Positions 40,483 through 53,689 of a stretch of DNA of 64,000 nucleotides are shown here, in pieces. The DNA comes from Selaginella moellendorffii. Its lineage: Eukaryota > Plantae > Lycopodiophyta. Made by a program: the position numbers and the translations under genes. How positions within the stretch are numbered: position 1 is the first letter of the stretch; every line of letters starts with the position of its first letter. Below the pieces are notes generated by a model. That model had not been told where the DNA came from, did not search any database, and saw only the letters and a list, made by a program, of their open reading frames with translations. Location: NCBI RefSeq assembly GCF_000143415.4, contig NW_003314280.1, forward strand, positions 806,001 through 870,000. The letters run 5' to 3'.

Positions 40483-41838
40483 ATGACGCCTGGATCATCG
40501 GCAGCGGCGCTCTTGGCCTTCCTGGCGGCGCTCTACGCCGCCACTGATCCGCTGCGAATCGGCCCCACTGTCGGCTTCACCGACTTCCGCGCCATTCATG
40601 TGGAGCAGCCCTCGCCCGCGCAGCTAGGTGATTTCCAGGGAGATCCACACAATCGCCTCGCCGCCCGGGCGGAGGTTCGCTTCTCGGGCCAAATCTGCGG
40701 CCCCGAGAGCATCGCCTTCGATCCGCAAGGCCGCGGCCCCTACACTGGCATCTGCGATGGCCGTGTCCTTCGCTGGGATGAGGAGCAACAAGCATGGATC
40801 GAATTCGCGGTCACTTCTTCCAATCGGTGAGCTTGGGCGCCTCGAAATCCTCGTCTCGTGATAGCCTGTTCGTTTGTTAGATCTGCGTGCGCGCCCAAGG
40901 ATCCTCCGCGGCCCAATCTCGCGAACGAGCACATCTGTGGGAGGCCGCTGGGCTTGCGATTCAAGAAGAGCTCGTCCGAGCTCTACATTGCCGATGCTTA
41001 CAAGGGATTGCTGGTGGTGGGATCGCAAGGGGGTCTCGCCACGCCGCTCGTCACCGAGGTGGAAGGCCAGCCCCTGCTATTCACCAACGATCTAGATCTG
41101 GACGAGGATGGACGCGTCTACTTCACAGTTACAAGCTCCAAATATCAAAGAAGGTATGAACATAGCGTTAGAATTCACGAAACTTGGGAAAGTTTTCATG
41201 GCATTATCTTGCCAGGAACTTCATACTGCCGATTCTCGAGGGAGATGACACTGGCCTTCTGCTCAAGTATGATCCTTCCACAAAGCAAGTGAGCGTTTTA
41301 CTTCGCGGGCTCCAGTTTCCAAACGGTGTCTCCATGAGCAAGGATTACTCCTTCCTAGTGTTTGCTGAAACCACCAATGGAAAGTAAGTTTTCGCCATCT
41401 CGATCTATCTATCTAGCTCGCTATCCAATTTACAACTTTGCTTTGATCCAGATTGACTCGCTACTGGCTCAAAGGTCCCAAAGCTGGAACTCCAGAGCTC
41501 TTCGCCATTCTTCCTGGCCACCCAGACAACGTTAGAACTAACGAGAATGGAGAGTTTTGGGTAGCGATACATGCCTTGAGAAACCCGCGATGCGTTTCCT
41601 GGGGCCCCGTCCAAGGCTGAGAGACTTCCTCGTCAAGCTCCCAATCCCTGCCAAGATGATTGCCGGAGGAAGTCCTTACGCTCTGATTCTCAAGTATGAT
41701 GCCGATGGTAAGCTAATCGACGCCCTCGAGGATCACAAAGGCCAAGTTGCTTCTTATGCGAGCGAAGCCGAAGAGCACGATGGTCACCTCTGGCTGGGGA
41801 CGGTCCTGTTGAACAAGATCGTTGTTTACAAGCTGTGA
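40483..41838 (+). CDS. SSL: Strictosidine synthase-like (SSL/APMAP) protein, 4 exons, apparent 1-bp frameshift near 41585
   Basis: [68 protein letters not shown] introns. Confidence 0.9.
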
Positions 41839-41964
41839 GTGATTCCATAGGCAAGGCAAAATTCGGTGCTGCTCACAAAGAAGTTGGATAAGTACAACAT
41901 ATATTTCCAAGCAATTACATTCAAGAAAACGACTCGATTTCACAGACTGGACTGGTATATCTTT

Positions 41965-42859
41965 TTAAGCCGACGCCGCTGCATGGCTCATGCCGGACAT
42001 TAATGGCTCCCTGGCACCCACGGCAGAGGCCGGAGGAACACTAATGGACCTCTTGCCTGACATCGAAAGAGCAAGAAAGTTATCAGCGTCGAGTAGAAAA
42101 TCCACCAGAATTTTAATAAGAACGTACCGAAGAAAGCTACGCACGAGAGGAGCAGCATTGAAACCCCTGATAGAAGCAAATCCATACCAAATACGACAGC
42201 AAGCGTTACCAGGCCCAAGCGCGGTGCCAGGAGTAGCACTAAAAATGCTAGTACCACGGATATAACACCACTTCCCATCAAAGTCGGCCAAGTCGCGAAG
42301 TTCCGGACCTGGGAGGCCATCACAGCCTTGAACACCCCCTAAACGAAGAAGAAAAATAAACAAGAGGTGTTAGTGATCAAAAGAAGAATCAAGCGCTTAC
42401 ATGAAGAAGAAACCACATAGCCATGACGACGATGAGCAAGGTGCCGCTGCGTAGAGGATGGATGACCATCAGTAGCCCGACGATCATATAGAGAGCTCCC
42501 AGCAACAAGAAAGAGCTAGTCCCAGGTGCTCCACACATGAAGAAGAACTGGATGAGAGCCATAGCACCGCCAAACACGAGCAGCCAAGAGATCAACTTGC
42601 CGATAGCCAGCGTGAAGCTCAGGGGGAAGACGATAGCCACCAGGCCAACGAGTACCAAGCCAGCTCCATACACAGCCAGGTTGATCGTAACTTTGTCCAG
42701 GTGATCCTCGGAGATGTTTCCAGTGATCGTTCTCATCTGGAAACGCCTGAAGTAGCTCCCGGTGCCTGGCAAAGCAGCGGTGGAGTCCCCTGGAACGTAA
42801 GAATCACCTGGTCTTGGTGATGTTGCTGCTGCTGGATGAATCGCATCCTTACTCGCCAT
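41965..42859 (-). CDS. HdeD/DUF308-like multi-pass membrane protein, 253 aa; exons 42859-42401, 42338-42128, 42056-41965
   Basis: Six Gly-rich hydrophobic helices with the HdeD pattern (GLVAIVFP...ISWLLVFGG...GALYMIVGLLMVIHPL...FLLHGVFK...GSGVISVVL...FGMDLLLSGV). In-frame GT-AG introns. Confidence 0.75.
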
Positions 42860-43138
42860 CGCTATCGCTTACTCTGAGCACTGCCTTCCTTCCAGTCGAG
42901 AACCTCAGCTCATATAGACTAAAAATCCCGGATCATGCATCGCCCTTCTAGCTCTATCCTCCAAGTTTTAGAAGTATCTTGCAGGCTGCCAAGTGTACCA
43001 ACATGCAGACCCTGCCCCCAAACTGGCATTTACGTAAATAACTGGGAGCTGGAAGCGCGCGGTTATTTGGAAACAGCTTGTTCGATTCTTTGCTAAAGGA
43101 TACGAGCCTAAGGTTTTCACTTTTGTACCCAGGGCTGT

Positions 43139-44401
43139 TTAGTAGCTCTCGTCTTCACTTTCTGACCTCCGCAAGTGGAAGCGTAGACAATTGACCAGAA
43201 CCTGGAACAAGCAAAAGCATAGTTTGAGGCAACATTGCCGTTAACATGTTAGTATAGTACCTCTGCTAGAGACTTGGTCAAGGCTGCACCTCCGTAGCTC
43301 ACATGAAACCTGTCTCTCGCCACCAGGCCCTGTTTAACGCATTAGTATTTGAAAAAGAAAAAGATCGTCTCCTTACTTCTGTATCAATTTCTGCAGATTC
43401 CACTGTGACGCTAGTTGCAGTGATCATCTCCACAATGTCCAGGAGTAAGCCCGGTTTATCGGCTGTCTCAATTGTTAACAAGCTGCATTGATCAAAGTCT
43501 ATATAGCGTTTGTGTTTTCAGTCTTAAAATGTGATACCTTCTAGCGGGTCCCTGATCGGTGACAGTGATATGAGTTTTAACGTCAATCTGAAAAAAAAGT
43601 CACCGAGTTATGTGGTTGTTTTTTCATGGAATCGAACCTTCTTTGGAGGTTTCTTCCCGAAAGCTTCTCCCATAGCCAGTTTTTCGCTGGACTCCTGGAA
43701 GCATTTGCGTTTTAGCGTCATGACTTTGGAATAAAAATAGAAAACACTTACTGGATGATACTGCAAAAGGTTGCTGATGATTGTCAAGCGGATCGATTCC
43801 AAAAGCTCGGGATCTTCAACCTTGCGTCCAGTAGCTCTACAGTCATTTCCTTTTAGAAGACCTTGTCGTATAGAGGGGCGTAAGCACTTACGCACGGGTG
43901 ATGGAGAGCCTGTTGGACTTTGTCTTCCCTGACACAGCCACAGAGCCTTTCACCACATTAAGCCCCAAATCCTTCAAAGCCTTCATCTATCACGATGAGA
44001 AGCATAAAAAGCGCATGAGAAACTTGGAAGGAAATCGAAAGAACCGTATCAAGAAGAGCTCCAAGCCGATCCCCATAGCTGAGCTCCACGATGGTAACGT
44101 GAGGATCGGACTCCTGATCGATGTGAACTATCGGCAATGGAACTGGCTCCTCTTTGATGACGACGGAATCTTTCGGTGCGCATGAAAACCTGGCGAAAAG
44201 AAAGTGAGAATCATCGCGAGGACCTCGCATTCTACGCTACCTGCTGGAAATCCTGCGGATCGCTGTGAGACGCAGCTCGGAAAGCCTCGCCGTCGTCGTC
44301 GCTCTGATCGCCAGGATCGGCGACGCCAGCGCGTGCTCGCGATCGGCCGCAGCAATGCCGATCGATAATCCATCCCTGAGCGCCGGGTGCGCGATCGCCA
44401 T
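43139..44401 (-). CDS. ACR11: Plastid ACT-domain repeat protein, ACR11/ACR12-like
   Basis: Transit-like N-terminus [10 protein letters not shown]..., [71 protein letters not shown]-terminal EDESY. Confidence 0.88.
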
Positions 44402-45026
44402 GCCCTCCGCCAACACGATCGAGGAGGAGCCCTAGAATAATCGGCGCCATCCTCGATTCTTTTTTTTTCCTCGGCCCGTCCGTACATGCCCCATAACCGT
44501 ACGGCACCCAGCTCTTTTTTATCATACTTTAGGGTTTTAGTAGACCTAGGTTTTGAGGGGAGGGCGAGGCGCGTGGAGCGTGCGCCTTGGTGCGGCAGTT
44601 CGAGGTGAGTGGCCACATCGCGTTTTTGGGTGCGTCCATAGATCAAGCACTAGTGATTTTGGCGCTTGCATCGGCCGGCTGGGGTTATGAGAGCTCGCGC
44701 TCTTCACTGGTGTGGCGGCGTGAGTGCGTGGTGTGTGTGGCGTCTTTGTTGTGGAAGCTTTTTTAGGATATTTACTTGTTTTGTGCATGACTAGATGCGT
44801 GGCGGCCTTGGACGGAGGAGAGTTAGAAAGCAATGTAGGAGGGTGGCATGTTTTGGATGTGGGGGATTTTTTGTGGAGTAATGGAGGGAGCGATGGAGCT
44901 TTCCTCGGGCCGAAAGTCGTCCTGGTCTGCCTCGCACCGCTGAATGCTACGTCCTGCTTGTTTATGCGGAGTTTCTACCGTAAGCCCTCTTTTTCTAATC
45001 TCCCGGTGATTGTCCTTGTTTTAGCC

Positions 45027-46700
45027 ATGAGTCGTTCCAGCAGAACAATATACGTTGGCAACCTTCCCGGTGATGTGCGAGAGAGTGAAATCGACGATTT
45101 GTTTTACAAGGTAAGACCCTTGTTTCGTTTTTATTTCGTCTAAAAATCTCATTTTTTTCTTCTTGCTGCAGTATGGGCGTATCTTAGATATCGATTTGAA
45201 GCTGCCCCCCAGGCCTCCTGGTTATGCTTTTATAGAGGTATTCAGCTGAAGCATTTGTCCTTTGCAGCTTACCAAAGTTTTTTGTTCTCGCTCTGTCAGT
45301 TTGACGATCCTCGGGATGCTGAAGACGCCATCAAAGCTAGAGATGGCTATGTTTTTGACGGCCACCGTTTGCGGGTATGCTAGAGCTTTGGATGTGGACT
45401 GACGGGCTTACTTTTACCCCACAGGTAGAATTTGCTCATAGTGGTGGTCGTGGTCATCCCTCTTATGGCGGTGATCGGCATAGCAATAGCTACCGTGGTG
45501 GTGGTGGTGGAGGGGGAGGCGGCGGTGGAGGCGGCCGCGGGGTTTCTAGGCGCTCAGAGTACAGAGGTAGGATTTTTATTTTCTCTTGCTGTAAAAACTC
45601 ACATTATTGTGCTGCAGTTGTAGTGACGGGTTTACCATCGTCGGCCTCCTGGCAGGATCTGAAAGTGAGACATTCTTTCCTGTCTTTTAGCCGATTAAAC
45701 TTTGTCTGGTGTATAGGATCATATGCGTACAGCTGGAGATGTTTGTTTCGCTCAAGTTTTCCGGGAGTCGAATGGTAATGAATGCTCTTATTCTAGGCTT
45801 TTTGTTCTGACTTCCCTGACGACAGGAACCAGAGGCATTGTCGACTTTACAAACTATGATGACATGAAAAACGCGGTATACATTCTTTCTTTTTGTACTT
45901 GTCAATGTTCTTATACTCTTCTTAACAGATACGAAAACTCGACGACACTGAGTTTCGCAATCCTTTTTCGCATTCATACATTCGGGTGAGCTGCACATGC
46001 TTATTGTTTGTGTCATTGATTTGGAACGTGTTTTGTAGGTGAGGGAGGATAAATCGGGAGCAAAGCGGAGCACAAGCCGCAGCCGTAGCCGCAGCTGGAG
46101 TCGCGGCAGCCGTAGCCGCAGTCGGAGCCGCAGCCGCAGCAGGAGGTAGCGATCGAGTTTTCCTTTCTCTTAAACCGAACCTGTCTTGCAGTGCGAAAAG
46201 CCGGTCGAGGTCGAAGAGTAGATCTCGCTCCCCAGCGCGTCGATCCCGCTCGCCAGTGCGTCGCTCTCGCTCGCGCTCGGCATCACGCTCTCCTGCGCGG
46301 AATGAGCTTTCAAGGTATAAGTTAAACTTTATTCGGAGACATTGTTCCTTGGTGGTATTCTCACGGTGGTGATTGTCTCAGATCAAAGTCGCCAGTTGTG
46401 AAGCGTAAATCAACGTCTCGCTCCCGCTCTCGCTCGCGGTCACGATCGCCTACACCCCGGGTAAGCCGATAGTTTAAAGGTTCGTTGAGGCGAGAACGAT
46501 CGATTTGTCTCTGGCAGGCACAAGACACGGCTGCAAACAACAAATCCGGCAGCCCAAACGGACGCGGTAGTCCCAGTCCCAGCAGGAGCCCCAGCCCCAA
46601 GCCCGAGAACAACAACATCGCCACCGAGGAGAACGACACAGTCATGAACGATAAGTCGCCTGGTGCTCGGAGCCCATCACCCGTTTCGGAGGGTGCTTAA
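45027..46700 (+). CDS. SR34: SR splicing factor, ASF/SF2-like (SR30/SR34 family)
   Basis: [28 protein letters not shown], Gly hinge, [14 protein letters not shown] domain. Confidence 0.92.
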
Positions 46701-46983
46701 ATCTAATCTCAAGAGCAAGGAACAAGCAAGCAAGCAAGCAAGAAGAAAAACAATTTTTCTAACTGTTGTAGAATACATATGCTTTTTTTTATTTTATTTT
46801 TATCAATCTGGATTCGATGTTTGTGTGCTATCGTTGTTTCGAAATAGAGACTAAGGCATAAAACTCGACAGTTGACGAAGGTTAGATAATCGATCCGGTT
46901 CCCAAGATGTACAAATCGACTTTACCAATGGATCCTCGAAAGAAGTGTGAGAAAAAAAAATATCGAGAGAGAGAACTTGGTTT

Positions 46984-48382
46984 TCAGACAATGGCAATGG
47001 CTTCTTCGAGGACTGGAGTGACGCTGCTCACTGGAGCCTGCGAATCCGGCGAGGGCCTCAAATGCCATCTATACGGGTCATCCGGAGCTAAAACCTTAGG
47101 AACTGGATGACTGCTAACGGGCTCGCTCAGGCTTTCATACTCCTTCTTGAGATAGTAGCCCCACTTCACTTGTATTCCTAGCCTGCCAAAGTAAACATCT
47201 TGAGTAGCGAGAAACTTTGGTGGCAGCGTACCATGCGACAAACGAGATGCCAATGACTGTGGTGAATGAAAGTGCTACTCGGTCATCCGAGAACTTGATG
47301 AACCTGCATTTTAGAGAAGAGAGTTATCAAAGCAGCATTACACCGTGGAAAAACATACCCCATAGTGCACAGCAATGCGAGAAAGAATGACACACCTGCA
47401 GGAAAGGACTCGACGTAAACCACTCGTCTCAAGTGAGTGACGACGAAATACCCCAGAAGAAGAGAGAGAACGCAGTGTTCCAGTAGTCTTTGCACCTGCA
47501 ACGAAGCAAACCAGGTGTGTCAAACACTAGGCTTTTGGATTGAGATATGACTACCTGGCCGCCCAGAAGTTTTGAAACGTCCGGGAGGGAACGGGAGGGG
47601 GTTGCGACGGAGCAGCCGATTCAGCATAGGAATGGCACAGGGCCATGAATTCTTCCTCGGCATGCTCGGAAACAAACGACTTTCCCATCCGGAGAATGCA
47701 TCCGAGGAGATAGACGCAAATAATCGTCGAAGTTGTCATCAAAGTTGGCTGAAAGGTTTCTTAGAATCAACCAAAGCTAAGATGTGTCTCAAAAGCACAA
47801 AAGACTTACAACGATGGCTGTACAGATCGCGTAAGGCATCAAGCGTCCCTGTCAAAAGGAAGTGTCACAGAAAGAAAAGGATGTAGGTAGAAAACTTTAT
47901 CGCTTTTACCGCACGGATGGATTTTGGTGTGTTGAATTCGACCGGGGCCGTCATGGTGAAGCTCGTCACCAGTCCAGTGATCCAGCTCAACGATCGCAAA
48001 TGCTCAGATTTTTCTTCCACATCTCGCCTGTTTAGCTCGGAAAATCTGTGCAAAATTCCATCTCTTCCTCCAACACTTCACAAAAGAAGAAACACTCGCC
48101 TTGACCACACGTATCGCGAATTCTCGATTCTCCGCTGCTTCATATCCTCCTCCCTCCACCTGAAAATCGAAGCTCAAATCGATCCGAGCGATCAGAACAT
48201 ACGATTCACCTGTGCATTTCTTCCCGGAACGCGGCCTCCTCGGCGCGGGCCTCGATCTCCTCGGCCCGAAGCTCCATATCCTCCGCCCGCCAGGCGCGAT
48301 CCTCCTCTCTCCAAGCCCTCTCTCGCTCCCTCCATTCCCTCACGAGCCATGTATCCAGAGCGCTCAGCCCAACGTACGCCAT
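46984..48382 (-). CDS. ORAI: Orai-like (CRAC-type) Ca2+ channel protein, multi-exon
   Basis: Manual splicing: MAYVGLSALDTWLVREWRERERAWREEDRAWRAEDME...WREEDMKQRRIENSRYVWSRFSELNRRDVEEKSEHLRSLSWITGLVTSFTMTAPVEF. TM1 aligns with human Orai1 SALLSGFAMVAMVE. Further TMs YAICTAIVPTLMTTSTIICVYLL, GVSFFLALLCTMGFIKF and ALSFTTVIGISFVAW. Confidence 0.78.
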
Positions 48383-48722
48383 TTACTCCAAAAACCCTAA
48401 AATCTCGAAACGTTGACTTCTTCTGGTCAAAGTATCATAACTGGGATATTCCCTATTACATTAAAGCCATTTGCCTCCCAAACTTTCAAACCTTGGGCGG
48501 GACAAATGGCCCGATCCGAGGGCCCAGATGCTGCCAACCGGTCTGGCTGCATCTCGACCGCCGGATCGCGGCCTTAAGCTCCGGCTGTGGAGCTTGTTTT
48601 TCCCCATCCCTAATCTTCCGGATTGCGGGGCTGGGCGCTCTCAATGCTGCGGGGCAGATCGGTGCCTCGATTGACGCGCTGTGATTAGGCATAGCAAGGA
48701 TCGTCTCAGGTATTCTGGAAGA

Positions 48723-50619
48723 ATGTCGAGCGATGGGGCGGATCGGAGGCTGCGGAGCCGGACCAGCTCGTGGACTGGATCTCAGAAGAGCGCGGGGCAG
48801 TCGTCCCAGCCAAGATTGGCGTCCAAGCGAGCGGCATTGGACGATGGTCGGGCTTGGAGCAGCGGCGGCAGCAGCAGCAGCAGCGCCGTTACGGCGCTTT
48901 CCCAGGGCAAGAAGCGGGCGGCATTGTCGAGCCTCTCCAACTCGGCCAACGTCCCAGCCATGCGAGCTACAGTGACCCCGAAATCCCAGGTTCTTCTTTT
49001 TTCCCTGTCTGTTCGTTTGTTCGTGGGCTTACTTTTAAGAGGGTGTGACTCTTTGTTGTGTAGATTGTGGTTACAAAGCCAAAGTCTCGTGGGCTTCACG
49101 AGAAGAAGGCCTCGAAGAAAGTCTCCAAGCCCGTCGTCAAGGCTGTGGCGATTGAATCGGTGCCAGACAAGAGTGATAGTGTAGCTGAGGTGGGGGTGGA
49201 GAATCTGGAGTCCCCGGCTGTGAAGGCTGACCCTCAAGCTGTCCTCTCTCTTGAACGAAAGACCGTCCAGAGTTTGTACATTTCGAGGGAGCCCAAAGAG
49301 ACCGGTAAGTTGTTTCTCGACCGTCAACTATTGTAATGTCGATTGCTTTTCGAGTGTAGAATTGCAGCAGGGAGTTGCAAGCAGCAATTCCATTGATGCG
49401 TTGAAGGACATCGATGCTGGGATCAAGGATCCACAGATGTGTGGGCTATATGCTACAGACATATACCAGCATCTTCGAATGGCTGAGGTATGAAATAGTT
49501 CTGGTTGATAGTTCGTAGTAAGCCTTCAGCCTTGTAGCTCAAGAGGAGGCCGTCGACGAACTTCATGGAATTCATACAACAAGATATCAACCCCGGTATG
49601 CGAGGGATACTTGTAGACTGGCTTGTGGAGGTAAAGTCTCTCGTTCTGATTCATCGATTAATTTGAGTGCTTTCACAGGTTGCTGAAGAGTATAAACTGG
49701 TTCCAGACACGCTATACCTTACTGTGTCCTACATCGATCGCTTCCTTTCTGCGAACGTCGTCAGTCGGCAACGGTTACAGCTGCTGGGAGTCTCTTGCAT
49801 GCTTATTGCGTCGTAAGTATTATCCGATCAAATGGTGGATAATAAACATTATTTTTCAGGAAGTACGAGGAGATATGTGCGCCCCAGGTGGAGGAATTCT
49901 GCTATATCACCGATAACACGTACTCAAAGTCGGAGGTCGTAGATTGATCTGTACTTCGCTCTTTTCATACGCTAACTGTGTTGTGTAATCAGCTCGTTGA
50001 CATGGAGAGGCAAGTGCTCTGCCAGTTGCGGTTTGAGCTCACAACTCCGACAATTAAGACATTCATCCGACGATTTATGAGGGCTGCTCAGGCAGCGTAC
50101 CAGGTTTGTCTTTCGATAGCAAGTGTTGCTAATTCGAATTGAGTTAAAATTTAGGAACCATCTCTTCAGCTGGAGTTTCTTGGAAATTATCTAGCAGAAC
50201 TTAGTCTTGTGGAGTACAGCTTCTTAAAATACATGCCGTCGATGATTGCTGCATCAGCCGTTTTCCTGGCGAGGCTTACTCATAATCCTGCGGCAAAGCC
50301 TTGGGTGAGTGTTACAAGCTTCCGCTATTAAAGCTTAACTGTCACTGTGTTTGCATTGCAGGATGCAACATTGTCTCGTTACACCCGCTACAAAGCCTCG
50401 GAATTGTCAGAATGTGTGGCTGATATGTATGATCTACAGCGGAACATCAAAGGCTGCGGACTGCCAGCAACTAGAGAAAAATACAAGCAACACAAGGTAA
50501 GCTTGCTTTTGTAAATAAAAACCACATGCAAACTATCTATCTCGTCCTGGCAGTTCAAGTGTGTCTCAAGTTTGCAACCCCCGGTTTTGGCTCCCGAACA
50601 CTTTCAAGACGACGTGTAG
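48723..50619 (+). CDS. CYCA: A-type cyclin (copy A)
   Basis: D-box [74 protein letters not shown]. Confidence 0.95.
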
Positions 50620-50821
50620 AAATAAGCCACCACGCTCGAGCTCGAGCTTCTATCCTGTGCTCCCAGAAATGCGAGGAGGAGCCGTCTGTAAACTACAGAA
50701 CCTTATAAATTATCACGAAAGCTCCTTTTATTTCGGTAAAACAGGCTGCGTTACATAGGTACTTATAAGAACACTACTGTGAATTCGACTTAGACAACGT
50801 CCCAAAGATCGTTTGCGCCTC

Positions 50822-51236
50822 TTAACGAGAGAACGTCAGTGCTAGAAAGAAAGAACAGACAGAACAGTGAGACAACGAACGAGAACTACGAGACAGGAGA
50901 AGCAAAGAGTGGAAACCATCTCATCTTACCTCCACACTTTTTTGGAAGCGTTACTTTGCAGGACGCTGCCATGGACTTGATGCGAGCGACATTGACTGCC
51001 GTGGCAGACGTGACGAGGTAGCAGCAAGAGACTGGAGCAGCTTTGATGGCCTTGCAACACGGCAGATGAGGAGGGCCAGTGCCAATGTAGTCACTGTAAC
51101 AATTGGTGAGGAGACTCGCGGCGACGTTGTTACAAACATTCGGAGGAGGAAGAGCCGACTCGACTTTGAGAAGCAGCAACAGCACTAGTGACACTAGCAG
51201 GATCAAGACGTTGCTAAGGTACTCTTTTCCTTCCAT
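50822..51236 (-). CDS. nsLTP/prolamin-like Cys-rich secreted protein, 2 exons
   Basis: Signal peptide and C-C-CC-CC-C-C pattern. Short phase-1 intron near the 3' end gives the ending ...KKCGALTFSR*. Confidence 0.8.
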
Positions 51237-51521
51237 CTCTCACAGCCTCTTTTGTTTTCATGTTTTTGCAGTGTCCGAAATTTATGGTGAAGGGGGTGAC
51301 GAGGAAAACAATGCTGAGTGTTCGAGCTTTTATTATTTTTGTTTGATTTATGCTTGCTTTGAATACTTGTCGAGAGCCAGAATAATATCGTAAAGCAAGC
51401 TAAACACGAGTTACAAACGAACTCAAATGAAAACCAACAAAAACAAACGAAGACAAACAAAAACATGTGGCAGCTCGTGAAATACTTTTGAGCAGTGTTT
51501 CTAGAATATTCACTCACATCT

Positions 51522-52314
51522 TTGGGGCATCTATGGCGCCATTCTTATGGGATAATCACCTTTGTGGCACAACTGACTGCAGAGCGATCTTTCTGTAGAG
51601 GAGCTGCATCTTTGTGGAGATGCCTATGGACATGAAATTGGCATACTTAGCGGAAAATGACATTAGATTTCATCTTCCACAAAGAAGAGTTAGCAAGGTA
51701 GGCTTTTGCCTTTGAGACAAGACTCCAAGGAAACCAAACATGGAAGGATACCTTGCCTTCAGCTCTAGATGCAAATTCCTTGCCTTATTCCCAGGAGATT
51801 GGAAGGATAGTATATACTTCACTCCTACTCTTCACCCCATGTTTACAATTTTTTCATGGAGACCGAGCTCATAAGACTTGTTCTCGGTGGTGAAGTAGAA
51901 GTTTTTTATGACAGTTGCGGCTGGTGAAGTCGAAGCCACCACTATAAATCAAAGAGCTTGACTTCGTCGCAAGAATCAAAGGTGATTTAAAACTCATGGT
52001 CATGGTGGGGACGTGTAAGATTTGATGGTGGTAAGTGTATTGTCCATGATGCTACCAGGAAGAAGACAACTCATCATGGGCGAGGCAATGCTACAGCTAT
52101 TGTTACTAGAGCTAGACTAGAGGTGGTAAAGCTAGAACCACCAAAGCTCTAGACTAAGAACTTAGCTCAAACTTGAGTTGCCCCATCCCCCAGAGTACTT
52201 CACCAAAAATTTCCACCTGAGTTCTGTGACTCTCCATCACTGCTTTGCACTCAGCTGTGCCATGGAGGTGATTAGAAGAATGGACAGTATTAATGGGCTA
52301 TATAGATGCCCCAA
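51522..52314. mobile_element. Putative non-autonomous TIR element
   Basis: 13-bp perfect inverted repeat TTGGGGCATCTAT / ATAGATGCCCCAA, extending imperfectly to about 23 bp. No clear TSD. Confidence 0.4.
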
Positions 52315-52350
52315 TGTCTAAAAAAGCTGCCACTTAATTCGTTTGTCTTC

Positions 52351-52379
52351 ATTTGATTTGATTTGATTTGATTTGATTT
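52351..52379 (+). repeat. (ATTTG)n microsatellite
   Basis: Direct reading. Confidence 0.9.
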
Positions 52380-53214
52380 TGTCTGAATTCCCTTGAATTC
52401 GTTTCAATTCTTTTGTCTTTTTCTGTAATTCGCTTTTAACTTGGTTTACAAATTGCAATTATAGTGGAAACTCTTTAAGGGATTGTTTCATGGTTTCAGC
52501 CAATCAAACAATCAAACAAGAGATTCTTATCTTATAGCTTGCAAGTCATGAGATAAAAGAGTACTTTATTTTACTTAACCTTTAAAAATTTTAACCTTTA
52601 TAATCCATAGTTTTCTGACAATCCAATGTTATACAATAAACATGGGCTGTAAACATGATTTAAATTAGTATCAAAACATCTATAATTACAAAGGAATTAG
52701 AAAATGTTTAAGATTAAAAAATATTCTAGGATATACTTGAATATATTAGGTATTTACATACTTAAATTACTAATGTGAGGGCCAAGTATCTAAATACTTG
52801 TGGGTATAACCTACGTGGTGTTTAATAATCTCCAAGAATTTGAATGTAGGGCCCATATATTCGTATCTTATTGGTATGCCCCTCTTAAAGCTGGGAGCCA
52901 CTTTGTCTAAGGTCGCAGCTCCTCCATGCAATCTGTATATTGGTAGACTACATAGCCAAAAGGTGACAGTTTTTGTTTCTATAAGATTAATCACTAGTCT
53001 TGTGTAATTGAAAAACCAAGCAAGTAACTCAAGCTGTTCTGTAGTACTATGCAGGTGGAAGCTAGAAATAGCAAATCATCCACATAGAGTAGCATGTATA
53101 AATATAATCCGGCCATTTGTATCTTTGAGAGGTGGTTATCAATGAACAACACTTCAATTGCGCTGATGTAAAGGCTAAGGAGACAGTCACAAAATCAGCG
53201 AGGATGACTACGTA

Positions 53215-53400
53215 CCTGTCAAAAACTTTTTTAAAGTGTACGAAGCGACAAAGCAAACGCTTGCCATTCACCATCATCCTTTCACGTATGGTACGAAGCA
53301 TGATGAGGTGGTCAGGACAATTGTATTGTGGTCAAAAACCCGCTTGCTCGTTTCCCATAGGTCTCACGCCATTTAACCAATTTCTTCTCGACCACAGGCG
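53215..53400 (-). mobile_element. Non-LTR (LINE) reverse transcriptase fragment
   Basis: EQAGF*PQYNCPDHLIMLRTIRE...LLCRFVHFKKVFD resembles the LINE RT motifs QAGFR...DH...L...FVDFKKAFD. Confidence 0.65.
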
Positions 53401-53689
53401 AAAAAGTTTCGAGAAGATGGGGGAAACAATAATCGTGCGGTAATCATCTCATCTCTTAAAACTTTTATTTTGGCCATGGCCCCAGCACACAAATGCGAGC
53501 TCATGTAGTTAGCCTAGTTAGCTTAACCAATCAGTAAACTAGATTATGCCAACGTTTTATTCAGAAAGGTTGAGGCCGAAACGATCTAGACTCGATGATG
53601 TAGAATTCCCACCATGCTAAAACTCAGGAGTTCCGAAACAAGCTCGAAAGATTGTCTCCCAGGACTGCGATGCACTCCACATAGACGCA

